DNA from: a virus
Taxonomy: Duplodnaviria; Caudoviricetes
Reading direction: 5' to 3' (one strand)
Virus record (IMG/VR): IMGVR_UViG_3300029288_005873
Span: 320,001-384,000 of that record
DNA length: 64,000 bases
The notes below the pieces were generated by a model. It saw only the letters and a list, made by a program, of their open reading frames with translations. It did no database searches and was not told the DNA's origin. Position 1 is the first letter of the stretch. Each line of letters opens with the position of its first letter. The position numbers and the translations under genes were made by a program. This document shows, in pieces, positions 57,016-64,000 of this stretch.

Positions 57016-59802
57016 CTACCGTCCCTTTGGAAGTGTCGTGTATATGTCGTGAATTTCGCCCTGCCTAAGGCGTAGTTCACTAAGTAGATCGTCCCTCATT
57101 GGCCTTGGAGCCCTCATTGTAGTATTTTGTAGCCGGGCGATCTCTTTACGCAGAAAATCTATTACCTCATGCGCAATAACATATGGTTCGCCTTCTCTTT
57201 TTGTCTTATCCCACCAATACCTCTGAGCCCATGACGCAAAAGCTGCTGGATCATTTGTGAATCCAGAAAGCTCTGGCAAATTATATACTTGGTCCTCCAA
57301 TGATGATTTGACTGGAGTCGATTCGTGACTATTACCATGTGTACCGTGTGCGCCTTCTAGTGTCCCAAATTCTCCAATACCACCATGCTGTTTACGCCCT
57401 TGTTCACTAGAGTCAGGCATACGATATGAAGGGATACCAGTACCTATTCCTCTTAACTGACCAATAAGTCGGTCCATAATTGCTGCCCGAGCCTGAACAT
57501 CTACACCTTCTTTGGCAAGTGCCCAGCTTTCATCACTATCGTCGCGCTCCAATGATTGCGCATATGCCTGTGCTAGCTTTAGTGCAATAGCTGCGTTCTC
57601 TTTTGGCGAGTTCTTGGCCGATATGCCGCTGTTCGGCTGAGCTGACAACGACTTGATAAAAGCTTGCGCATCAGAAAGACTCTTTTCCTGAACCTTTATT
57701 CCAGGTGCGATACTAACAGTAGCACGTGCAGAATAAAGCCGTCCAAGATGCTTTGCCATATTGAGAGCACCATTGATAGCCTGATCACTTGGACCATTGC
57801 CAGCTGGTGCGGGCGGTCGACCGATATCCCAACCAGGACCTTTGCGCTCTATAATTGCATTACGAAGAGCATTCCATGCATTCCATGTCTCAGAACCCCA
57901 TTTACCGTCAGCCTGATGCGACGGCAGAGGAATACCTGCCGACATCATAGCATTCTGTAGCTGCTGTAAATTTGGGCGTTGTTTCTTAGCTACGCCTTTG
58001 CCACGCGGAGCCGGTGCGCCTTTACTTGGAGTCTTGGCTGGAGCATTTCCTGGCACCGGCAGATCAAGCGGTCCAATAGGTGCGCCGGGGATTCCAACTG
58101 GGGGAGCAGCCTCACGTACAATTTTATCGTTTTTAATAGAAGCAAAAAGGTCAGCCAATTTCGGATTACCTTTTAAGGGTCTAAGATAGCTGTTCCACAG
58201 AATTTTGTTGTATTCGTTTAGTGTACCCCTTTCAGAAAGGGAAGTTGGCTCTTTTTGTTGGCGCAATTTCTTCAGCCAATCTATTGTCTCGTTCAACTTT
58301 CCCTTAAGCATACGGTTTGCTTCAGTTTCCTTTACTGGATCCGGAAGTGCTTTAACAAGCCCATTTAGAAGCATATCGACAGTGCCAAGGTATCGTTTAT
58401 GCGAAAGCTTTAGCACATCACGAAGCTGTTTTTCGTATGCCTGCTCTTTTGGCGATGTATCGTGAAACCACTCTGGATGCTGTTGTTCAGCAATAGTCAA
58501 ATTGGCTTTGATTCCACGCAAATATGCCCCAATCATAAGCATAGTCCCAGAAGGAGCACCAGCCCGAAGCGACTGCTCAATCTCTGGAAATTCCTTATCC
58601 AATGCTGCCGTAACTTTAGCTTCAGTCTTTGTACTATTATCGCGCTGAGCATTATACAGATCGCGCTGATAGTTTTTCAGCTTTGCTATTGTTTCAGCTT
58701 TGTTGCGAACATATTCTGGCTCGTGTTGAGCCCAATCATTTATTTTTTCACGTAACGCATCTATGAGGGCGACTATCCCCCATAGTGCTACTTTAACGAC
58801 GAAAGGGCGGGGGGAGCCCTCCCTCAACTCGTCGAGTGTCTTATCGACAAGCAGGGCGGCCTCCGTCTTACCCTCGGCATCCAGCCTGTTGGCCAAAGCT
58901 ACAAGCTGCTGTGCCACAAAAACAGCTTGTTTGCCTGTAGGTTTTGTCTCCACCACCTTTATGTCTCTTTTCTGCTGCTCGACCACAGTCTCTACTTTAC
59001 CGCCCTCTTCTTTAGCGGGAGCCATAGTTGGTCCGCCGCCAGGATGAGCCTCACCAATAAGCTGTTCTCCAGTTTCACCAGTAATATCATATAGCTTATC
59101 AATAGCCTCTTTATAGATCCTAAGCTGCTCGTCTACTGCCTCTGCAATTTTTGTCTCGCCCATGTCGTCGAGGTCGTTGGCAAGCGACACAAGTTCGGTA
59201 ACTATAGCCGAGGCTTTGGGCGCAAGTTCTTTTATTGTAGGGTACTGCCATGGCTGTGTCATGTGAGGCTCCTTGATCAGTTCCAATGGCGCAGAGGGTT
59301 CCTTTGGAATTTCCTCCTTAACTGCTGCTGGGGCAGGTATGCGCCTTTTCTGAGCAATGTCTGTGAGAAACGACAATATATTCATGAGTGTGTTAACATT
59401 TGGACGTACACTCGTAAGTCGTGAGACAAGGTCTGTCAAATTTTGTTGCCCTAAAACAAGAGCTATTTCGGAAAGAGTTGTAAGTGTCTTGGGTCCCCAT
59501 TTTCCATCCACACCATTAGGAGCGGATTTTGTAGCCAACGCAGCTCTGAATCGTGGAGCTATACTGGACATGATCCCTTGGATCTGCTTAACAAGACCCT
59601 CGACATATTCACCAGATTGCTCGGAGACTCTCTCTTCAGAATTTGATTGATCCTGATTATTAATCATATGCTCAGGTATATGCTCTGGCTCTGGAGCAAA
59701 TGTTGGCTCTTGGGCGGAATGCTTTACCATCCATCCTTTTTCGGCAGCTATGGCCTCAAACTCGCGCATAACTGCACTCTCGCCTTGTCTCATGTGACGC
59801 AT
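57016..59802 (-). CDS. Putative internal head polyprotein with repeated motifs and two peptidoglycan-binding-like units (928 aa)
   Basis: Motif A, two motif C copies and motif B; VDGKWGPKT and ADGKWGSET. Confidence 0.55.
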   Translation of the reverse strand: MRHMRQGESAVMREFEAIAAEKGWMVKHSAQEPTFAPEPEHIPEHMINNQDQSNSEERVSEQSGEYVEGLVKQIQGIMSSIAPRFRAALATKSAPNGVDGKWGPKTLTTLSEIALVLGQQNLTDLVSRLTSVRPNVNTLMNILSFLTDIAQKRRIPAPAAVKEEIPKEPSAPLELIKEPHMTQPWQYPTIKELAPKASAIVTELVSLANDLDDMGETKIAEAVDEQLRIYKEAIDKLYDITGETGEQLIGEAHPGGGPTMAPAKEEGGKVETVVEQQKRDIKVVETKPTGKQAVFVAQQLVALANRLDAEGKTEAALLVDKTLDELREGSPRPFVVKVALWGIVALIDALREKINDWAQHEPEYVRNKAETIAKLKNYQRDLYNAQRDNSTKTEAKVTAALDKEFPEIEQSLRAGAPSGTMLMIGAYLRGIKANLTIAEQQHPEWFHDTSPKEQAYEKQLRDVLKLSHKRYLGTVDMLLNGLVKALPDPVKETEANRMLKGKLNETIDWLKKLRQQKEPTSLSERGTLNEYNKILWNSYLRPLKGNPKLADLFASIKNDKIVREAAPPVGIPGAPIGPLDLPVPGNAPAKTPSKGAPAPRGKGVAKKQRPNLQQLQNAMMSAGIPLPSHQADGKWGSETWNAWNALRNAIIERKGPGWDIGRPPAPAGNGPSDQAINGALNMAKHLGRLYSARATVSIAPGIKVQEKSLSDAQAFIKSLSAQPNSGISAKNSPKENAAIALKLAQAYAQSLERDDSDESWALAKEGVDVQARAAIMDRLIGQLRGIGTGIPSYRMPDSSEQGRKQHGGIGEFGTLEGAHGTHGNSHESTPVKSSLEDQVYNLPELSGFTNDPAAFASWAQRYWWDKTKREGEPYVIAHEVIDFLRKEIARLQNTTMRAPRPMRDDLLSELRLRQGEIHDIYTTLPKGR

Positions 59803-59803
59803 C

Positions 59804-60136
59804 TTATTTTCCTCCGGCGATATCTTTGATGGCGCAAAGCGCCCTTTCTATACGATAAGCGATTTTCGTACGCCTAGCTTCAGCGATATCTTGCGCCATC
59901 TTTTCAATAGCTTCAACCAGCGCCACGTCTGCAGCAAAAGCCTTTGGCTCTACGTTATCCAATTCTGGAGCCTTTGGCTCCTCAATATCTTCATCTTCCC
60001 AGGTCTCTTCCTGGATAGGTTGGAAAGCCTCAGCAGGCGTACCTGTAAGCAAGTTAGTCTCTTTGGCTATTTTTTCAAGCTCAGACATTACTTCGCTTGC
60101 CTGCCATGCACGCTTGTCCTCTGGTACAAAAGCCAT
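59804..60136 (-). CDS. Small head-cluster protein made of motif A and a motif C-like helix (~110 aa)
   Basis: Start reassigned to ATG 60136 (AGGAGG SD); WQASEVMSELEKIAKE. Confidence 0.6.
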   Translation of the reverse strand: MAFVPEDKRAWQASEVMSELEKIAKETNLLTGTPAEAFQPIQEETWEDEDIEEPKAPELDNVEPKAFAADVALVEAIEKMAQDIAEARRTKIAYRIERALCAIKDIAGGK

Positions 60137-60161
60137 CGAAATCCTCCTAGAATAATAACAT

Positions 60162-60857
60162 TTACAACCAAAGAAACTCAAGAGTACCAATAAGTGCAGA
60201 AGGTGGGGCTGTAACAAGTCCTATAGCAGGGTGGTTTGGTGTAGCCTGCTTTGTAGTCAACTTGCCCTCCTCGTTCACAAAAAGAGCCGCATTGAGCGGA
60301 TATTTCTGCGTTGAGTCATACTGGTCGGTAGCATATATGCCGCGAGTAATCCATATTGTTATTCTGTTGCTCCCGACAGTTGTGTCCTCGCCAGGTAGAT
60401 TTGGAACCCTATATACGTAACTTACAACAGTTTTGATACTATCAGGTCTTCCGTCTCCATCTGAATCGTAGTTGAGTACACTTCCAGCTGGAGCCATAAG
60501 TACACCATTAACAGGATTCAAAACAAGATTTTCATAGTCAGCGACAAAGCTTGATGCAACCACATCGGCAAAGCGTAATTCCTGTTTAACATCAGTCGTA
60601 CTTACCCAACGTCCATAGGCATCAAGAATTCCTGTAGCTGGAATGACCACAATTTCATCAGGCGATGGTTTTGTAAACGCCGTAGTTCTAGCGTCATCTA
60701 TAATACCAAAAGGTGTTGTCCCATCAGAAAGTCCAGCAACAATATCCTGACCAAACAGCGTGAGCTGAGCAATACAGCCAGGCTCGAACACCGATGAGGA
60801 GTCGACTGGATAAGACACTGGCAGCGCATTGCCTATCTGTATCAGCTGCAGAACCAT
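60162..60857 (-). CDS. Capsid decoration/cement protein 2, paralogue of 53926..54579
   Basis: DTTVGSNRITIWITRGIY...LFVNEEGKLT versus HTASGSGKVTAWDKPGLY...IYPTILGVLT; similar N-terminus and GIIDD/WLTDD. Confidence 0.55.
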   Translation of the reverse strand: MVLQLIQIGNALPVSYPVDSSSVFEPGCIAQLTLFGQDIVAGLSDGTTPFGIIDDARTTAFTKPSPDEIVVIPATGILDAYGRWVSTTDVKQELRFADVVASSFVADYENLVLNPVNGVLMAPAGSVLNYDSDGDGRPDSIKTVVSYVYRVPNLPGEDTTVGSNRITIWITRGIYATDQYDSTQKYPLNAALFVNEEGKLTTKQATPNHPAIGLVTAPPSALIGTLEFLWL

Positions 60858-60866
60858 GTTTGTTCC

Positions 60867-61652
60867 TTACTTGCTTTTTGAGGTTAGCGGTCCACTTTTT
60901 CCAGGACCATGTTCAGGACCCGGCTCATCCAGATATTTCTTGTCGACTTTATCCAAAGCTGTACGGATGGCATATTCTTCAGCCTTGTCACCCTTAAGAC
61001 CCTTGTCCTTCTTAGCGGTCTCTAAAGCACTTTTGTAGGTCTTAGAGAACTTTTCCCCTTCTTTCTTACTCTTTTTGTTGAGGAAAGATACCCACTCAGA
61101 ATGGCTACGACCCTTCTTGGCCTTCTTCTTCGCTTCGGCAACAATTGGACGCTGACCAGAAAGTTTCTGAAGTGCCTCGTCGAGTACCTGCGCAACCTTC
61201 GTAAAACCAACCCTGTCAAGAGCATCAGCCAGCTTTACTACATGTCCGATGGCAAAATCTATAGCAATCGCCAAACCAGCATCTGCGCACTGCGGGCATC
61301 CGTCCTCAGCCTCAACATGTTCTGGGCATCCATCTTCAGCTTTCTGGGGCACAGACTCAAGAGCTGCTTGTTTGTCCTCAGAATATTCAATCATCGGCGT
61401 GAAATCATTGTGCTCTTTGCCGAGCGCAGTTGCGCCTTCAGAACCCGCAGCCAGCCATTTGTTGTGAATAGCTGCCGCCTCTGGCTGAGTTTTTGCAGCA
61501 TCCATTTCCGCCTTAAAAGCCTGCGACGCAGGTCCTTTTGTCCACCATGCGTCTTCTGCCTTTTTGTATAGTCCAACAAAATCCTCGTCTTTAAGCTTGG
61601 CATTAAAGGCTGAAGCAATCTCGTCTGAGCAATAATGCTTGAGTGTGGTCAT
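60867..61652 (-). CDS. Putative internal head/core protein with motif C and a Lys-rich C-terminus
   Basis: Start reassigned to ATG 61652 (GGAGG SD); VVKLADALDRVGFTKVAQVLD. Confidence 0.6.
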   Translation of the reverse strand: MTTLKHYCSDEIASAFNAKLKDEDFVGLYKKAEDAWWTKGPASQAFKAEMDAAKTQPEAAAIHNKWLAAGSEGATALGKEHNDFTPMIEYSEDKQAALESVPQKAEDGCPEHVEAEDGCPQCADAGLAIAIDFAIGHVVKLADALDRVGFTKVAQVLDEALQKLSGQRPIVAEAKKKAKKGRSHSEWVSFLNKKSKKEGEKFSKTYKSALETAKKDKGLKGDKAEEYAIRTALDKVDKKYLDEPGPEHGPGKSGPLTSKSK

Positions 61653-61677
61653 CTCACCAGTCCTCCATTGGGTTTCT

Positions 61678-62139
61678 TTACATTGACGGCTTGAAAGTCG
61701 GGCATTTTGCCAGACAGTCAAGCCGAGCCCTCATGAAGGAATCCTCAGCCTCCAGAAAGGGCGCAAAACGCTTATACACGCCATTTACCGCCTGGCAATC
61801 CCCAGGCTCAATTCCTTTGAGAGCTTCAGTAAAATCGTCATACGCAGACGCCGATTTTACTATAGTAAACAGAGCTGGAAGATTGCCAAGTTGCCTAATA
61901 GCACTATCCAGCATGTCGGCAACCGCTGTAAATCCAGCCGAATCCATATTGTCCGACAACTTGACCAAATATTCGCCTACTTGGCTCAAAGCTTGCCCGA
62001 TTTTAGTATTTGCTTGTTTGGCAGCAAATTCAAAAGCCAAGGCTAACCTATCTTCTTGTACCTTATCGGTAGAACTAGGGAAGCCTAGCCTTTCAGCCAT
62101 CGCAGCAGTGATCTCGTCAGAAACACATGATTGGCTCAT
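61678..62139 (-). CDS. Putative internal head/core protein with motif C
   Basis: Start reassigned to ATG 62139 (GAGG SD, ATGA overlap); LVKLSDNMDSAGFTAVADMLD; SDEITAAM shared with SDEIASAF of the next gene. Confidence 0.6.
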   Translation of the reverse strand: MSQSCVSDEITAAMAERLGFPSSTDKVQEDRLALAFEFAAKQANTKIGQALSQVGEYLVKLSDNMDSAGFTAVADMLDSAIRQLGNLPALFTIVKSASAYDDFTEALKGIEPGDCQAVNGVYKRFAPFLEAEDSFMRARLDCLAKCPTFKPSM

Positions 62140-62327
62140 TTTTTCCTCGGCGGTTGACGTACCATATGCCTTACGCGCAACATGTGGACACGTCGTGGCT
62201 TCAATCCGCACATCTCATAGATGACTTCAAGTTCTTCGTCCGTGACCCCTAATTCCGTAAGACACGCAAACTCAGCCTCAAGCTCCTGACGGAGCGTCTT
62301 TACAATATCTGGCATGATCGAATCCAT
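62136..62327 (-). CDS. Small hypothetical protein
   Basis: Fills the gap after the terminator, and its stop overlaps ATG 62139; start uncertain. Confidence 0.35.
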   Translation of the reverse strand: MDSIMPDIVKTLRQELEAEFACLTELGVTDEELEVIYEMCGLKPRRVHMLRVRHMVRQPPRKK

Positions 62328-62331
62328 AAGG

Positions 62332-62365
62332 AAAAAGGCGCCCCAGGGATAAACCTGGGGCGCCT
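62332..62365 (-). terminator. Intrinsic terminator after the scaffold-like gene
   Basis: AGGCGCCCCAGG-TTTATC-CCTGGGGCGCCT-TTTT. Confidence 0.8.
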
Positions 62366-62371
62366 CGAACA

Positions 62372-64000
62372 CTACTTCCTTCTAGGTACCCAAAGGCGGT
62401 TAAGCTGATCGGGAAGATCTACCCTCTCTGGCTCTTCCTCTCTAATGCCAACCTGTACCGCTGATTCGGACTTAGAAGCGGTCTTTACCGTACCAGTCGT
62501 ACGGGACAGTGCGCGTTTGAAAGCCTCAAAAGAAGGCTCGTCAAACTTCATGATGTCATCGACCTGCTTGTTCATGACGTCACGTCCCCTGCTAATAAGA
62601 CCCTTCTCCTGCATGTCAAGTGCCAGGTCAACGGCGCGACGAAGCTTCAGTCTATAAGACTCTGCTTCAGCAGCTGCCTTCTTCTGGGCAAATTCCTTAG
62701 TCAGGTCCTGACCAAACTGCTTGCTCGCCGGATCGCCCTCGCCGAAATACTGTTTCCAATACTTCGCAGCTTCTGGGTCAACAGCTAGCGCCTTCAGCTT
62801 AGCATCATCAGACAGGTCGGCTACCGAAAGCTTACCAGACTTGAGCAAATCACCTAGCTTAGCAGCAGCTTCGCGAACCTTCGGCAAGGTCTCGACCTGC
62901 CTCATAATTTTTGCTTTAATCTCGTCGATTCCCTCGACATGCGCACCCTCGTCGGAGGGCTTGGTGTCAAGATTTCCAAGAGTCGTGCCGCGCTGCGGAT
63001 GCGCCTTGGGAACCATATCGGTATCCATATCAGTCGCTGGCTCCAGCTTCAGCTGATACTTGGAACCGATTTCGGCTGCGATCTTCTCGCGCCTTGCGCG
63101 CCTGCTGGCAACATCGGAAATCTTGGGTTCAGCAACTGGTTCCTCAGCAGGCTTTTCCTCATCTAGCTGACCGAGCAGTTCTGCCACCAAACGCTCCTCG
63201 TCGTCGCCCGCATCGGCATACTGTACACCGTCATCGCCGTCATTGAGTTCCTTCATGTCGATATCCTCAAGCTCTTCAACCAGACCCTCAATTTCCTCGT
63301 GGATCTCGTGCTCCTTCTCCTCCATATCTTTCTCTTTCTCATCAATCGCAAGGCGAACAAGTTCGCGCCTCTTTGCAGCACGAGCCTTCAGCATCTTCTC
63401 CAGGACTAGTTCGGCTTCGGACTTCTTCTCTTTCTTGTCCTTCTTGTCCTCTTTGCCGTCACCCTCATCTTCATCCTCTTTATCTTCTTTATCTTCCTTC
63501 TCTTTCTTACCCTTCTTATCTTTCTTGTCGCCCTTCTTATCCTCTTTATCTTCCTTCTCATCTTCCTTCTTATCCTTCTTCTCTTTCTTGTCCTTCTTTC
63601 CTTCCTTCTCCTCAAGAGCCTTCTTTAGCCCTTCTGGCATACCTTTCTTAGCTTCAATGACCAAAGCCGCTTCGCGACGAATCTCAGCATTTGCCTCAAG
63701 CGATTCAGCAGCTAGCTTCAGCAGCTCATCCATCTCAGCCCCAGAAACTAGCCCAGCTTCAATCCTCTTTCCGAGCACCTCAGAAAGGATAGCAAGCTCG
63801 TCACCACTGTCATCAAGTTCGGCACAAATGACAGAAGCGGTCTTGGTCTCGCCATCACCAACCTCGATTGGGGGAAGTTCTTCCTTTCCACCCTCACCAG
63901 TCTTGCCCTCTTCCTTGAGGATCTCCTTCAGATCGCCGAAGGCCTTTTCAGTCTCAGCAAGAGCTTCCTCGACCCTATTTGTGGTCGCCTCTGCTCCAGG
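62372..64000 (-). CDS. Prohead scaffold/core-like protein, C-terminal part; 5' end is outside the window
   Basis: The frame is open from 64000 (PGAEATTNRVEEALAETEK...) through the track start at 63778. Highly charged and helical, with a short C-terminal helix DLPDQLNRLW, upstream of the head genes. Confidence 0.65.
   Translation of the reverse strand, partial: PGAEATTNRVEEALAETEKAFGDLKEILKEEGKTGEGGKEELPPIEVGDGETKTASVICAELDDSGDELAILSEVLGKRIEAGLVSGAEMDELLKLAAESLEANAEIRREAALVIEAKKGMPEGLKKALEEKEGKKDKKEKKDKKEDEKEDKEDKKGDKKDKKGKKEKEDKEDKEDEDEGDGKEDKKDKKEKKSEAELVLEKMLKARAAKRRELVRLAIDEKEKDMEEKEHEIHEEIEGLVEELEDIDMKELNDGDDGVQYADAGDDEERLVAELLGQLDEEKPAEEPVAEPKISDVASRRARREKIAAEIGSKYQLKLEPATDMDTDMVPKAHPQRGTTLGNLDTKPSDEGAHVEGIDEIKAKIMRQVETLPKVREAAAKLGDLLKSGKLSVADLSDDAKLKALAVDPEAAKYWKQYFGEGDPASKQFGQDLTKEFAQKKAAAEAESYRLKLRRAVDLALDMQEKGLISRGRDVMNKQVDDIMKFDEPSFEAFKRALSRTTGTVKTASKSESAVQVGIREEEPERVDLPDQLNRLWVPRRK
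63415..63620 (-). repeat. K/E/D low-complexity repeat (KKDKKEKK-type)
   Basis: EKEGKKDKKEKKDKKEDEKEDKEDKKGDKKDKKGKKEKEDKEDKEDEDEGDGKEDKKDKKEKK. Confidence 0.85.

Noticed and set aside
1-64000. CRISPR array, tRNA/rRNA genes, DGR or invertible cassette
   Set aside because: No spaced direct repeats, cloverleafs, reverse transcriptase, recombinase or near-identical repeat pairs were seen by eye; intergenic gaps are short. A dedicated scan was not possible.
1-64000. Stop-codon reassignment as found in some large phages
   Set aside because: Genes are long and tightly packed under the standard code, and TAA, TAG and TGA all terminate genes.

Overview
The window is a continuous virion-morphogenesis region of a large tailed phage with a contractile tail (myovirus, probably jumbo). 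Almost all genes are on the minus strand. In transcription order (right to left) it holds: a truncated charged scaffold-like protein; a cluster of putative internal-head proteins sharing modular motifs; two paralogous decoration proteins; a compact HK97/encapsulin-like major capsid protein; accessory late genes (LamG protein, PHP hydrolase, cold-shock protein); head-tail adaptor and closure proteins; a holin-like gene; a beta-helix tail fibre; tail completion protein; sheath; three tube paralogues; a G/GT chaperone with a -1 frameshift; tape measure; tube initiator; hub; spike; gp25-like and baseplate-J proteins; and a LamG-containing baseplate protein of more than 1980 aa that runs off the left edge. 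About eight free-standing homing-endonuclease-type genes and a methyltransferase are interspersed. Shine-Dalgarno sites, a sigma70 promoter, peptidoglycan-binding-like domains and a Csp point to a bacterial host, and the standard genetic code is used. Three signals stand out. (1) A D-G-Y / D-[AS]-Y-G tripeptide is strongly enriched in predicted outer virion proteins and absent from inner ones. (2) The head-cluster proteins share a modular propeptide grammar: three motifs plus [KR]-x-A boundaries followed by hydrophobic or peptidoglycan-binding payloads. (3) A phage-specific promoter-like motif, CTATCAAT-N6-RCAT, occurs in five exact intergenic copies. All product calls come from motif recognition and gene order; no database search was run.
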